The notes under the pieces: generated by a model
What the model saw: the letters and a program-made list of their open reading frames with translations, nothing else
Database searches by the model: none
Told to the model about the DNA's origin: nothing
Source: a virus
DNA: 64,000 nt
Virus record (IMG/VR): IMGVR_UViG_3300036828_000565
Span: 7,383 to 71,382 of that record
Reading direction: 5' to 3' (one strand)
In this document: positions 19,856 through 29,755 of the stretch, in pieces
How the letters are laid out: every line of letters begins with the position of its first letter
Numbering within the stretch: the stretch's first letter is position 1
Translations under genes and position numbers: made by a program

Positions 19856-20052
19856 AAACCCTCGATTTTCAACCGGCTGAGTATCTAACCTTAGATTGGT
19901 TTCTTATGAGGCCGGTAGAAGCTGGTTTATGGAAGCTTCATGAGACCTTTGATGGTACCTACACCGCTGATGACCTTTTTGATATAAATGAAATACTCGA
20001 CGTTCAAGCTGAGAATAGAGCGCGAGCTAAAGCTGCAACAGGAAAGGAATAG
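19816..20052 (+). CDS. -1 frameshift extension of the tail chaperone (gpGT-like), missing from the ORF track
   Basis: GAC CCT TTT slippery heptamer 19816-19822; the -1 frame reads YGRKRIEF...DWFLMRPVEAGLWKLHETFDGTY...NEILDVQAEN to TAG 20050-20052, just before the tape-measure ATG. Confidence 0.8.
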   Translation, partial: PFYGRKRIEFSEVETLDFQPAEYLTLDWFLMRPVEAGLWKLHETFDGTYTADDLFDINEILDVQAENRARAKAATGKE

Positions 20053-20054
20053 GA

Positions 20055-21683
20055 ATGGCTGATAATATCCTCGACAGTTATTTTGTAAGAATCGCAGCCC
20101 TTCCTGACACGAAATCCTTTGTTAAAGCTGGAATGATTTTAGCTAGAACAGAATTGTCTATTGCTGGAGTAGCTAAAAGTGCGCTTAAATCTGTTATTGC
20201 TTTCGAAGCTGCTTCTGTAACAGCTTTTGCTGCTATTGGTGTAGGATTGGTTTCTTTGGCAGATAAAACAGCTATGACAGATCAACAATATAGACTCATG
20301 GGTATTAGAATGCTCATGACTAAGTCATCTGCTCGAGCTATGCAGCAAGCTTTAGATGAATTAGGAGCAACTATAGATGAAGTAGCTATGGACCCCGAGT
20401 TAAATGCTAGATTCCAGTATCTATATAATGAGAATATTAGATTAGGAAAACAACTCGGTGGTGATTTTGATGTTATTCAAAGAAATGTTCGTGACATACG
20501 AATGGAATATAAAAGGTTTGGTAATGAATTAGAAGTTTTAAGTTATCGTGTTATTTCTGATTTATTTGAAAAGCTTGGATTTGGTAATGAAGATCTTCTT
20601 AAAAAGTTACAAAATCTTAATGAATGGTTTACTGAAAATCTTCCTGAAATTTCAAATGAGATTTCTACTGAATTTATACCAATATGGAATGATGCTGTTA
20701 TAGTATTGAAAGACTTTGGAGATGTTGTTGAGATTGTTGTTGGTAACTTTCAGTTGTTAACTGGTGTCTTGATGGATGATGATGCACTTAAAAATACGCA
20801 AGTTTCAGTTAAAAGTTTGATTGAGATGTTTCATGATTGGGTTGATTGGATAGCTAAAGCAACTCTAGGGATTCAATTTCTAGCTAAGGCTTTTAGTCAC
20901 AGTGTAACTGCTGGTGGTTATTTTATAGAAGAAATGAAGGCCTTATCTAGAGGTGATGCTAAGTCATTTAGTGAATATAAGAAGTTACAAGAAGGTGAGA
21001 CTGGTGAAGGTTGGTCTGACATTAAAGGGTTACTTACTGGTAATATAGAAGGATTAAAAGATGCTTCAGGTCTTTCTAGTTACTTTGCTAGTCAACAGGG
21101 TCGTCTTGGCGTTAGTCATGATACTCCTGGTAACTTAGTACAACTTATTGATTCTACTGCTAAAAAATACAACATAAATCCTGAGCTTCTTGCAGCTATT
21201 ACTCATCAAGAAGATCCTTCACATGATCCAGGTGCTGTGAGTCCTAAAAAGGCGATGGGTTTAATGCAGTTAATGCCTGCAACAGCTAAGCAATATGGGG
21301 TAACAAATCCTTTTAATCCTGAGCAGAATATGGATGCTGGAGCTCATTTTTTCTCAGATATGTTAAAAAAGTACCATTATGATATTCCTAAAGCTTTAGC
21401 TGCTTATAATGCGGGTCCTGGGAATGTAGATAAGTATGGTGGAGTACCTCCCTTTAGTGAGACTCAACAGTATGTATCTAGAATCATGAGAAACTTTTCT
21501 GATCTAAGTAGTGCTTCTGCTGCACAAGGTGGTGCGGTTGTAATAGATACTGTTAATATAAATGTTCCTCATAATCTTCCTGAGAATAAGTGGTCTCAAT
21601 TTGTAAAAGATTCATTTAAAGAACAAACCGATAAAGCTACAAGAAATACTACGGCACAGACAGCGGGAGGAGCGTATCGCTAA
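20055..21683 (+). CDS. Tape measure protein with C-terminal lytic transglycosylase (SLT) domain
   Basis: Helical N-terminus; AITHQE, AVSPKKAMGLMQLMPATA, ALAAYNAGPG, ETQQYV motifs. Confidence 0.85.
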   Translation: MADNILDSYFVRIAALPDTKSFVKAGMILARTELSIAGVAKSALKSVIAFEAASVTAFAAIGVGLVSLADKTAMTDQQYRLMGIRMLMTKSSARAMQQALDELGATIDEVAMDPELNARFQYLYNENIRLGKQLGGDFDVIQRNVRDIRMEYKRFGNELEVLSYRVISDLFEKLGFGNEDLLKKLQNLNEWFTENLPEISNEISTEFIPIWNDAVIVLKDFGDVVEIVVGNFQLLTGVLMDDDALKNTQVSVKSLIEMFHDWVDWIAKATLGIQFLAKAFSHSVTAGGYFIEEMKALSRGDAKSFSEYKKLQEGETGEGWSDIKGLLTGNIEGLKDASGLSSYFASQQGRLGVSHDTPGNLVQLIDSTAKKYNINPELLAAITHQEDPSHDPGAVSPKKAMGLMQLMPATAKQYGVTNPFNPEQNMDAGAHFFSDMLKKYHYDIPKALAAYNAGPGNVDKYGGVPPFSETQQYVSRIMRNFSDLSSASAAQGGAVVIDTVNINVPHNLPENKWSQFVKDSFKEQTDKATRNTTAQTAGGAYR

Positions 21684-22516
21684 TGGCTACTGGAATAATA
21701 CTTCCTTCTCTATTAACTTTATCGGCTTCCGCTTCTGAGGCTTTAATTTTTTCAAGTGATCCTCAAAGTGAATTAATTCAAAGTATTGGACTTCCAGGAA
21801 CTTGGACTCCTCCTCAATATTCTCGTCCTGCTCTTACTATAATTCAGGTTCCTGGTGGAACTAGCGGCACCTCTGGTCAACCAAATAGTCCATTAACTAA
21901 CTATATTTTTGATGCTATTTTTAGTATTAAGCATCATCGTTCAATACATAAAACATCTCATCCTGTTCTTACAGGAGCTAATCTAACTGATCATGCTTAT
22001 GTTTTACCTTCTAGAATAACTCTAGAGATTGGTATGAGTGATGTACAAGCTTCATATCAAGAAGGTATGTGGACTGGGGCAGCCACAAAAAGTATATCAG
22101 CTTGGCAGATTTTAAAGATTTTAGCTAATAATAGACTTCCTGTTACTCTTATTACTCGTTTGGATACGTATCTTAATATGGTTATTACTGATATAGATTC
22201 TCCAGATGATAATAAGACTTTACATGGATTAAAGGCTACTATTGTTTTAGAAGAGCTTTTAATAGCTAGTACTATTTCATCTTCTACTATTAGTGCTAGG
22301 CCTCAAACTACTGATGAAACTCCTGGTGGAACTGTAAAAGGATTATCTCCAAATGATTCTCAGGTTCAACAATTTAAGATTCCTTCTCCATTATATCCAG
22401 ATATTCAACCTTTGAGTCCACCTGTTCCAGGTTCTGGATCTATTAGTAGTGATAGTTTAGGTGGGCAAGATATAGTATTTACAGGAAGTTCTACTCCATC
22501 AGAGCATTTACCTTAA
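21683..22516 (+). CDS. Baseplate/tail-tube initiator (Dit-like) protein
   Basis: FDA...HH...TSHPVLTGANLTDHAY.P, TRLDTYLNMVI motifs. Confidence 0.75.
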   Translation: MATGIILPSLLTLSASASEALIFSSDPQSELIQSIGLPGTWTPPQYSRPALTIIQVPGGTSGTSGQPNSPLTNYIFDAIFSIKHHRSIHKTSHPVLTGANLTDHAYVLPSRITLEIGMSDVQASYQEGMWTGAATKSISAWQILKILANNRLPVTLITRLDTYLNMVITDIDSPDDNKTLHGLKATIVLEELLIASTISSSTISARPQTTDETPGGTVKGLSPNDSQVQQFKIPSPLYPDIQPLSPPVPGSGSISSDSLGGQDIVFTGSSTPSEHLP

Positions 22517-22530
22517 GTATAGGTCTAAAT

Positions 22531-22956
22531 ATGAGTTTACAGGTTATTACACTAACTAATTCTCCTAATCAATCTTATACCGTAAACCTTACAGTTGATG
22601 GGTCTCCTCTTATATTAAACATAACTATTAGTTATAATGAAATGTCTGGATATTGGATGCTAGCTATATATAATGCTAATAGCAACTTACTACTAGATTC
22701 TGTTCCTATGTTGACAGGTGCTTATCCAGCAGGAAATCTTTTACAGCAGCAACGATATCTAAACATAGGATCATGGTTTCTTGTGAATGTTTCTAATCTT
22801 AAAGTTGAAGCAAGTAGTTCTCTAGGATACGGTGAAGGTGGATACGGTCAAGGTGGATATGGTGGTGAACAAGGTCAAGGTGGAACTAACTATCCAAATT
22901 CTACTAACTTAGGTACTGATTTTCAGCTATGGGTTGATGATACGCCTTTAGCTTGA
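22531..22956 (+). CDS. Small baseplate protein
   Basis: PNQSY.V, YNEMSGYW, PML.G..NLLQQ.RYL, LGTDFQL motifs; GYGEGGYGQGGYGG insertion. Confidence 0.7.
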   Translation: MSLQVITLTNSPNQSYTVNLTVDGSPLILNITISYNEMSGYWMLAIYNANSNLLLDSVPMLTGAYPAGNLLQQQRYLNIGSWFLVNVSNLKVEASSSLGYGEGGYGQGGYGGEQGQGGTNYPNSTNLGTDFQLWVDDTPLA

Positions 22957-22976
22957 TTGTTCTCGAGTTTTAAGGT

Positions 22977-23069
22977 AAAAGATGCAAAAATTCTGGTGAT
23001 ATAATATACACCCCACGGTTGCATATTTCACCTAGATATCTCCAGGATTCACCTAGATTATCTCCAGGG
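22977..23069 (+). repeat. Dispersed intergenic element copy A
   Basis: AAAAGATGCAAA..TGCA-N33-TGCA then tandem TTCACCTAGAT(T)ATCTCCAGG (23027-23069); related to 31590, 44440 and 62844. Confidence 0.8.
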
Positions 23070-23086
23070 ATGAGGTACGTATCATT

Positions 23087-24193
23087 ATGAGCACCGGATC
23101 AACAATACCTTTCTATGGTAGAGCGTGGGCTTTAACTGTAACACCTACTACTGGTCCAAGTGCTGGAACACCTATAATTATAACCTCAAATTCTTTTGAA
23201 CCTGAAGCTTTACGAATGACCTTTGAGATTGAACAGATGGCGTTTTCAGCTTATTGGCAAGCTGAAATAGTTATTTACAATGCAAATGGTCCAATTACTA
23301 GTGGCCCTTCAGCAGGGATCAATTTATATCAAGCAGTTATACAAGAAGGAGATTTAGTAACAGTATCTGCAGGATATCAAGCAGATTATCCTTATCCACA
23401 AACTCCTCCTGTTATTTGGAGTGGACCGGTATTCTATACTATTCAAGATAGAGTTGATGTTGTAGATCAGAGACTTATTCTTCACTGTATCTTAAATAGA
23501 GCTTTGACTACTCAAAATTTTATAAATGCTACTGCTCCTGCTCTTTCTACTCAATTTTCACAAGCTCGAATTATAGCGTCTAAATCAATTAATCCTATAG
23601 GTATAGATCAACAACAGATTCAGAGAGTATTTGGTAGTTCTGTTTCACAAAGATCAGCAACTAATCTACCTAGAGGCAAAACCTATTTTGGTAATCCACA
23701 TCGTTATCTTGAGGCATTAGCTGATCAAAATAGTGCCCTTTCTTGGTTTGATAATACGCACTGTAACTTTGATACTCTTCAATTTCCTACAGGACCATTA
23801 GTTACTACATATTCTCCAGTAAATGTTGGAGGTGGTCCCCCACAGAGAGTAGGTGGAGTAACTTTAAGTTTAATTGGACAACCTCAACAAACTCAATTTG
23901 GAACTAATTTTCGAGTTTTATTAGATCCAAGAGTTCAGATAGTATCTCCTTTACCACAAGTAGGAATATTGCTACAATTTATTAGACAGGCTCCAATATC
24001 ATATCCAATTCCTAAAGGTCAGATTCCACCTCTTCCTCTTCCTGAAGATGGTCAATATGTGGTTATTGGTGTTAGATTCACTGGTGACACAAGAGGAAAT
24101 CCTTGGTACTTGGATATTACAGGAGCTTTAAACGTAGTTAGTGCAATTCAAATGCTAGGTCAGAGCTTAGAAGCTGATCCAACGAGTAATTAA
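23087..24193 (+). CDS. Baseplate hub protein
   Basis: YGRAW, VSAGY, LPRGKTYFG, LIGQPQQTQFG, DGQY.V...TGDTRGNPWY motifs. Confidence 0.8.
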   Translation: MSTGSTIPFYGRAWALTVTPTTGPSAGTPIIITSNSFEPEALRMTFEIEQMAFSAYWQAEIVIYNANGPITSGPSAGINLYQAVIQEGDLVTVSAGYQADYPYPQTPPVIWSGPVFYTIQDRVDVVDQRLILHCILNRALTTQNFINATAPALSTQFSQARIIASKSINPIGIDQQQIQRVFGSSVSQRSATNLPRGKTYFGNPHRYLEALADQNSALSWFDNTHCNFDTLQFPTGPLVTTYSPVNVGGGPPQRVGGVTLSLIGQPQQTQFGTNFRVLLDPRVQIVSPLPQVGILLQFIRQAPISYPIPKGQIPPLPLPEDGQYVVIGVRFTGDTRGNPWYLDITGALNVVSAIQMLGQSLEADPTSN

Positions 24194-24194
24194 G

Positions 24195-24905
24195 ATGCTT
24201 TCTATACAAGAGAGATTGGCTGTAAAAACTGAGCCTATTGAAGGAGCAATGTGGCAATGGCTCTGTATGTTACGTTGTGCTATTCCTGGAGTAGTAAAAT
24301 CGTTTAATTTAGATAAACAGACTTGTGTAGTTCAACCAGCGATTCAAGAGTTGGTGATGCTACCACCTCCGTCTACTTCTCAAACTCCTAATCCCGGTAG
24401 TGGTCAAAATATTCCAACGTATGTACCTATCGCTCCAATAGCTGATGTTCCGATAATAATGCCTCGAGTACCAGGTTGGTCGATTACAATGCCTATAGTA
24501 CCTGGTACTGAGTGTTTATTGGTTTTTGCTGACGCTTGTATAGATGGGTGGTGGGCTAATGGTGGAGTCCAGGTTCAATATGACAGAAGAAGGCATGATC
24601 TATCTGATGCAATGGCTCTATTTGGGCCGTGGTCACAACCGCATGTACTTACTGGCTATTCATCAACATCTTTACAAATCAGATCAGATGATCAAACAGT
24701 GGTCATTGATTTGACAGCTGGAAAGATTTCGATCATTGCAGCAAATGTAGAAATTAAGAATGCTGTTGCTCCGGCTCCGAAATTTTTAGTTAATGATAAC
24801 TTTTATCAATGGTTTGTAAATGTCTTTCTACCAGCGGTGAGTCATGGACCTCTAGTTCCTCCTCTTCCTGTTAATCCAGAAACTACAGTATTGAAAGGAC
24901 AATAG
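24195..24905 (+). CDS. Baseplate central spike (Gp138-like)
   Basis: AIPGVVKSF, DVPIIMP, PG.ECLLVFADACID.WW..GG, RRHDLSDA motifs. Confidence 0.85.
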   Translation: MLSIQERLAVKTEPIEGAMWQWLCMLRCAIPGVVKSFNLDKQTCVVQPAIQELVMLPPPSTSQTPNPGSGQNIPTYVPIAPIADVPIIMPRVPGWSITMPIVPGTECLLVFADACIDGWWANGGVQVQYDRRRHDLSDAMALFGPWSQPHVLTGYSSTSLQIRSDDQTVVIDLTAGKISIIAANVEIKNAVAPAPKFLVNDNFYQWFVNVFLPAVSHGPLVPPLPVNPETTVLKGQ

Positions 24906-24907
24906 AT

Positions 24908-25306
24908 ATGGCAACCATTACGGTTAGAGCTATTGATCCTGTTACCTTTGAACCTCAACAAGGAAATAGTCAATCTAATTTTATCTCAGATTTAGATGCT
25001 GTAGTTCAAATCATTAATACTCGTTTGAGATTATTTCAAGGAGAGTGGTTTCTTAATTTACTTGATGGATTACCTCTTTTTCAATCTATAGAAGGATCTT
25101 CAGGTGGAGCAAGAAACATTCAAATAATAACTAATTTGATCTCAAATAGAATACGTCAATCTCCTCATGTTACTTTAATCTCTTCGGTAACATCAAGTTA
25201 CCTTAATCGTAGTTATAAGTATTCTGCTATTGTTCAAACTGAGTTTGGACTTATTACAATAAGTAATTCTCCAGGAAGTTTAGCTACTTTAGCAACTTCA
25301 ACATAA
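24908..25306 (+). CDS. Baseplate wedge/sheath initiator (gp25-like)
   Basis: TRLRLFQGEWFLNLLDGLP, VQTEFG motifs. Confidence 0.8.
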   Translation: MATITVRAIDPVTFEPQQGNSQSNFISDLDAVVQIINTRLRLFQGEWFLNLLDGLPLFQSIEGSSGGARNIQIITNLISNRIRQSPHVTLISSVTSSYLNRSYKYSAIVQTEFGLITISNSPGSLATLATST

Positions 25307-25316
25307 GAGGACTAAA

Positions 25317-26516
25317 ATGGCATATTTTCCACCAATGATAACCGCCGCCGGATTATCAGTGCCACTGTTCTCTGATATTCAACAGGCTTTAATAGATTCA
25401 TACCGAACGAGTTATGGTAGTACCACCTATCTTGGTAATGATTCAGCTGATTATCAATGGATTACTTCCATAGCTTTGAAACTAAACGATAATATGGGTT
25501 TATGTCAGTTAGCTTATAATTCTAGATCTCCTCTTACAGCAGTTGGTTCAGCTTTAGACTCTCTAGTTAAAATTAATGGAATTGCAAGGTTACCTTCTTC
25601 AGCTTCATCGGTTATTTTAAGTTTAACAGGTACTTCAGGAACTATAATAACTAATGGAGTTATTCAAGATATAATGGGTATCCTTTGGTCATTACCTCAA
25701 ACAGTAGTAATTGGTGTAGGTGGGACATTATTAGTGTCAGCTTTATGTCAACAGAGTGGTCCTATATCAGCAAAAGCTAATACTATAACTATTCCTGTAG
25801 GTGGATTTACAGCCGGTTGGACTTCTGTTACAAATCCTAGTCCAGCTATACTTGGGCAACCAATAGAGGCTGACTCATCATTAAGAGCTAGACAATCAAT
25901 TTCTGTGTCTTTACCATCAGAGACTAGATTAGCTGCTACTCAAGCCGGCCTTGAACAAGTTGCAGGAGTTACTAGAGTAAATGTTTTAGAGAATCAACTT
26001 TCAGTTACAGATTCTTTCGGCAATCAAGGTCACTCTTTGACATGTGTTGTTGAGGGTGGAGCTGATGTTGATATAGCTACAGCTATTTTTATTAATAGAG
26101 GAATTGGTTGTAATACTCAAGGAGCAACTGTTCCTACAATGACAATTATTCCAGTTACAGATCCTAACTCAGGAAATGTTACTGAAATTGGATTTGTAAG
26201 ACCTACTAATATTCCAATCTACATTCAAATTAATGTTCATAGCTTAAGCTTAGCTTTTACGGTATCTACTCAAGCAGCAATTATAGCAGCCATAGTAAAT
26301 TATTTGAATGGATTAGAAATTGGAGAATTAGTTACTCAATCTGGTTTAATGGCAGCAGCTATGTCAGTTATGCCTAATATTTTACTTCCAATGTATTCTA
26401 TTAAAGCTCTGTATTTAAGTACTAGTCCTAGTCCTACTACTAGTACTGACATTCCTCTCACATTTTTCGATGTGGCTTTGGGAATAACCACTAACGTTAA
26501 TTTGACGGTGGTGTAA
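25317..26516 (+). CDS. Baseplate J/gp47-like wedge protein
   Basis: P.TAVG.ALD, GIARL, GWTSVTNP..A..G...E.D..LR.R, HSL.CVVEGG motifs. Confidence 0.9.
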   Translation: MAYFPPMITAAGLSVPLFSDIQQALIDSYRTSYGSTTYLGNDSADYQWITSIALKLNDNMGLCQLAYNSRSPLTAVGSALDSLVKINGIARLPSSASSVILSLTGTSGTIITNGVIQDIMGILWSLPQTVVIGVGGTLLVSALCQQSGPISAKANTITIPVGGFTAGWTSVTNPSPAILGQPIEADSSLRARQSISVSLPSETRLAATQAGLEQVAGVTRVNVLENQLSVTDSFGNQGHSLTCVVEGGADVDIATAIFINRGIGCNTQGATVPTMTIIPVTDPNSGNVTEIGFVRPTNIPIYIQINVHSLSLAFTVSTQAAIIAAIVNYLNGLEIGELVTQSGLMAAAMSVMPNILLPMYSIKALYLSTSPSPTTSTDIPLTFFDVALGITTNVNLTVV

Positions 26517-26517
26517 A

Positions 26518-27102
26518 GTGGGAACACAACCAACTCAATTATTGCCTACAGGATACTATAATAGTCGATTAACTTCGATGTATAGTAACGCCAATTTATT
26601 TCATGATTGGTTATTGTCTGTTCTAAATATTGCTAACGATATAAGCAATCTTTTGTCTAGTATACAGGGAGCTTTTGATCTAGATTTTGCCATAGGGGCT
26701 CAATTAGATATACTTGGCTTAAACATGGGTGTTAGTAGAATAGTTCCTTTTCAACCCAGTGGTGGAGCTAGTCCGGTATTAGATGATGATACTTATAGAT
26801 TATTACTTCAAGCTACTAGAGCTAATAACAATTGGGATGGAACTATTGGAAGCCTTTATCCTATATGGAATCTATTATTCCCAGGTGGTCAAATTACTAT
26901 TTTAGATAATCAAAATATGACAGCTACTATTATTATGACAGGTAGCTTTAGTCTTATTGTTCAAGATTTGATTAATAATGGAATGATAGTTCCAAGACCT
27001 CAGGCTGTCAATTATACTTACGAGTTTGGAAGTACTCCATTCTTTGGGTTTGACCTTAACAATTCCTTTATCGCAGGTTGGGATACGGGTAAATGGAGCT
27101 AG
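26518..27102 (+). CDS. Baseplate wedge protein (DUF2612)
   Basis: FDLD.A.GAQLDILG, LDDDTYR, N.WDGT, DNQNMT, PRPQAV, FFGFD motifs. Confidence 0.85.
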   Translation: MGTQPTQLLPTGYYNSRLTSMYSNANLFHDWLLSVLNIANDISNLLSSIQGAFDLDFAIGAQLDILGLNMGVSRIVPFQPSGGASPVLDDDTYRLLLQATRANNNWDGTIGSLYPIWNLLFPGGQITILDNQNMTATIIMTGSFSLIVQDLINNGMIVPRPQAVNYTYEFGSTPFFGFDLNNSFIAGWDTGKWS

Positions 27103-27108
27103 TGAGTT

Positions 27109-28215
27109 ATGGCAGGATTAACTAACTTTTTACAGTGGAATCCTAATCAGGTAAATCAAGAAACTGATGCTCAATATCAAGCAGACTCTCAGAGAATAGG
27201 GGGTGCTCCTGTTGGCACCCCTTTTCCTTCGAGAACAGGTAATAAAGCTCTTTACCAAGTTTCTACAGGTGTCGCTGCTCTGATGCAGATGATGGCTAAT
27301 AAAGGTTTTAATGTTACTGATGTTAACTTCGGAAACTTAGCTTCAGTATTATCTGCTATTCAAACTACGGCTGACCAAAAGGCTCCTCTTGTAGTAGTTC
27401 CTTATTCTCCTACGGCTTCATTTCAGGCTAATCTAACATCAACTTTTCAGATGACTTTAAATGGGAACGCTACTAGTTGCTCTATAGGTAATTGGTCAGC
27501 TGGTCAGATAATTAGCTTTATTTTAATTCAGGGTGGTGGAGGAGGCTTTACCTTTCATATTCCAGGGGTTAATATGTGGCCTCCTGTTATTAATGGTACT
27601 CCAGGAAGTTCAACTTTAGTTCAAATTGTTGCTCGTCAAGATCTTTCACTATGGCCTGCTGCGCAATCATTTTTATGGTATAACCCCGTTATACGGGGCC
27701 TTGGTGTAGGTCAACTTGCCGCAAATGTAATCTATATTGGATGGAGTTTAGCTGGTAGATTAAAAGCAACTGTTGATGTTACAGATTTAGGTAATTTTGT
27801 TTTTGATTCTCAGCTTAATGCTGCTACTGCTCCGTTACAGACAGGAATAAATACTAATACTGCAAATATTGCTTCTAATACTACAAATATTAGTAACAAT
27901 ACTTCAGCTATTAATACGATTAATGCTGCTTTAGCTGCTTTTTCAGGATCTCTTACTACTAATGGTTATGTTGCTCTTCGAGTTAATGGTGGAGCTTCAT
28001 TTTATATTCAATGGGGTACAACAGGAGATTTTGACCCAACTATAACAGTTACATTCCCTATTGCTTTTCCGTCTACTTGTGCTGTAGTTATGGGAAATGA
28101 TATATTTGCTGGAAGTTCTAGAATTGTAAGTACTGTTAGTTCTAGTAGAACTGGCGTAACTTTTCAGAAGGATGGAACAGGAAACGGAATTCACTGGATT
28201 GCTTTAGGTTATTAG
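27109..28215 (+). CDS. Tail fibre protein with C-terminal gp53-like domain
   Basis: Follows DUF2612; coiled TNTANIASNT segment; NGY...YIQWG...VTFPIAFP...HWIALGY C-terminus. Confidence 0.8.
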   Translation: MAGLTNFLQWNPNQVNQETDAQYQADSQRIGGAPVGTPFPSRTGNKALYQVSTGVAALMQMMANKGFNVTDVNFGNLASVLSAIQTTADQKAPLVVVPYSPTASFQANLTSTFQMTLNGNATSCSIGNWSAGQIISFILIQGGGGGFTFHIPGVNMWPPVINGTPGSSTLVQIVARQDLSLWPAAQSFLWYNPVIRGLGVGQLAANVIYIGWSLAGRLKATVDVTDLGNFVFDSQLNAATAPLQTGINTNTANIASNTTNISNNTSAINTINAALAAFSGSLTTNGYVALRVNGGASFYIQWGTTGDFDPTITVTFPIAFPSTCAVVMGNDIFAGSSRIVSTVSSSRTGVTFQKDGTGNGIHWIALGY

Positions 28216-28223
28216 GAGATAAT

Positions 28224-29750
28224 ATGAAAAGAGTTCTATCGTTTATTAGTATTATGCTCCTATTTGTTCTACCAATTTTTTCTCAGACTATATTAACTCC
28301 TAATATAGGTCTTCAGATTCCAGCAGGAGGATCTACTGACTGGAATCTTCCATTAAATTATAACTTCAATCTTATAGATCAAATAATGGGTGGAACAGTC
28401 CAGATTTCTGGATTAGGTTTAGCTCTTACTCCTATATTTGGAGTTGGTTCTCCAAGTAATTCATGTTCGGCTAATAATCAAGGTCAAGAGTATTTTGATA
28501 GTACTACCTCTCCATTTCAAGGATATGTCTGTAATAATTTATCGTGGTCAACCTTTGGAGGTGGAGGAGGAGGCGGTGGTGGTGGTGCGGGTTTTCCATT
28601 AGGATTTGTATTTGGTACAAGTTCAACAACAGCAAGAACAGCTGTTGCAAGTGATATTAGTTTCTTATTATCTAGCTTAAGTGGATGTACTACATCTGGC
28701 TATCTTTATTCTCCAGCGGGTGGTAACTGCGTTGCTGGGGGAACTGGTGGAAGTAGTGCTTTTAATACTATAACTTCTGGAGTAAATAACTCAGCTGCTA
28801 TGGTTGTTGGTTCAGGCGCTACATTTACGGCTACTGGAACAGGTACAATTGTAGCTACTAGTTTACCTTATAGTGGATTGACTGGTACAGTTCCAATATG
28901 GAATCAAAATACTACTGGTGATGCAGCAACAGCTGATGCTTTGTCTGGTGTTCCTACTACTTGTTCAGCCGGCCAAGTTCCAATTGGTATCTTACCTAAT
29001 GGTAATGCTACAGGTTGCTTTAATCCATCAGGTACTGCTTCAGGAACTACCGGTAATTATGGCCTTTTTGTTTCTGGATCAGCTATTGGTAATGGTCACC
29101 TTGATTATGGTATAACAACTGCAGCAACTAATACTAGTACAGTTCCATTCCAGATAAATGATGGTTCTGGTACAGGTGGAACATTTACTAGTTATGCTGG
29201 ATCTGCTCCAACTGGTTTAGCCGGTCTATCAAGACTTTATATGTCTAGTACGACTAATCAGTTCATGGTAAACATGAATAATACTGGTCAAGCTTATTTA
29301 GCATCTGTATTAACTCCTGCTGCTGCGGGCGACTGCGCTATCTTTGATACCGATGGAATTAGACTCAAAGATTCGGGGGTTGCTGGTTGTTCTTCTGGTG
29401 GGGGTGGTACGCCAGGAACTCCATCACATACAGGTGATGCAGGAGCAGGTACAGGGGGCTCACTTGTTATAACGTTTGCGACTGGAGCTAATGATAATAG
29501 AGGTTACGTAAATTTAACAACCGGCAATGCACCTGCAGCTAATTCAGGAATCATTACAATTACATTTGGTGGTACACATGCAACTGCACCTGGTTGTGGT
29601 GTAGCACCTTCATCAACATTAGCACAAAATTTAAGTGGTGGAGTTTTCGTACCGGCAAGTTCTGTGACAACAACAGCATTTGTTATTACAGGTACAGCTG
29701 CGTTACCGGCTAATACTACTGGTTATCAGTGGTTCTACTGGTGTGAGTAA
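28224..29750 (+). CDS. Signal-peptide-bearing fibre-like, Gly/Thr/Cys-rich protein
   Basis: MKRVLSFISIMLLFVLPIFS signal followed by fibre-like TPNIGLQIP...DWNLPLNYNFNLIDQ; many Cys. Confidence 0.6.
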   Translation: MKRVLSFISIMLLFVLPIFSQTILTPNIGLQIPAGGSTDWNLPLNYNFNLIDQIMGGTVQISGLGLALTPIFGVGSPSNSCSANNQGQEYFDSTTSPFQGYVCNNLSWSTFGGGGGGGGGGAGFPLGFVFGTSSTTARTAVASDISFLLSSLSGCTTSGYLYSPAGGNCVAGGTGGSSAFNTITSGVNNSAAMVVGSGATFTATGTGTIVATSLPYSGLTGTVPIWNQNTTGDAATADALSGVPTTCSAGQVPIGILPNGNATGCFNPSGTASGTTGNYGLFVSGSAIGNGHLDYGITTAATNTSTVPFQINDGSGTGGTFTSYAGSAPTGLAGLSRLYMSSTTNQFMVNMNNTGQAYLASVLTPAAAGDCAIFDTDGIRLKDSGVAGCSSGGGGTPGTPSHTGDAGAGTGGSLVITFATGANDNRGYVNLTTGNAPAANSGIITITFGGTHATAPGCGVAPSSTLAQNLSGGVFVPASSVTTTAFVITGTAALPANTTGYQWFYWCE

Positions 29751-29755
29751 AGCTA

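Noticed and set aside
23027-23069. Tandem 21-22-bp repeat considered as a mini-CRISPR array
   Set aside because: No spacers, only two units and no cas genes; treated as part of the dispersed element.
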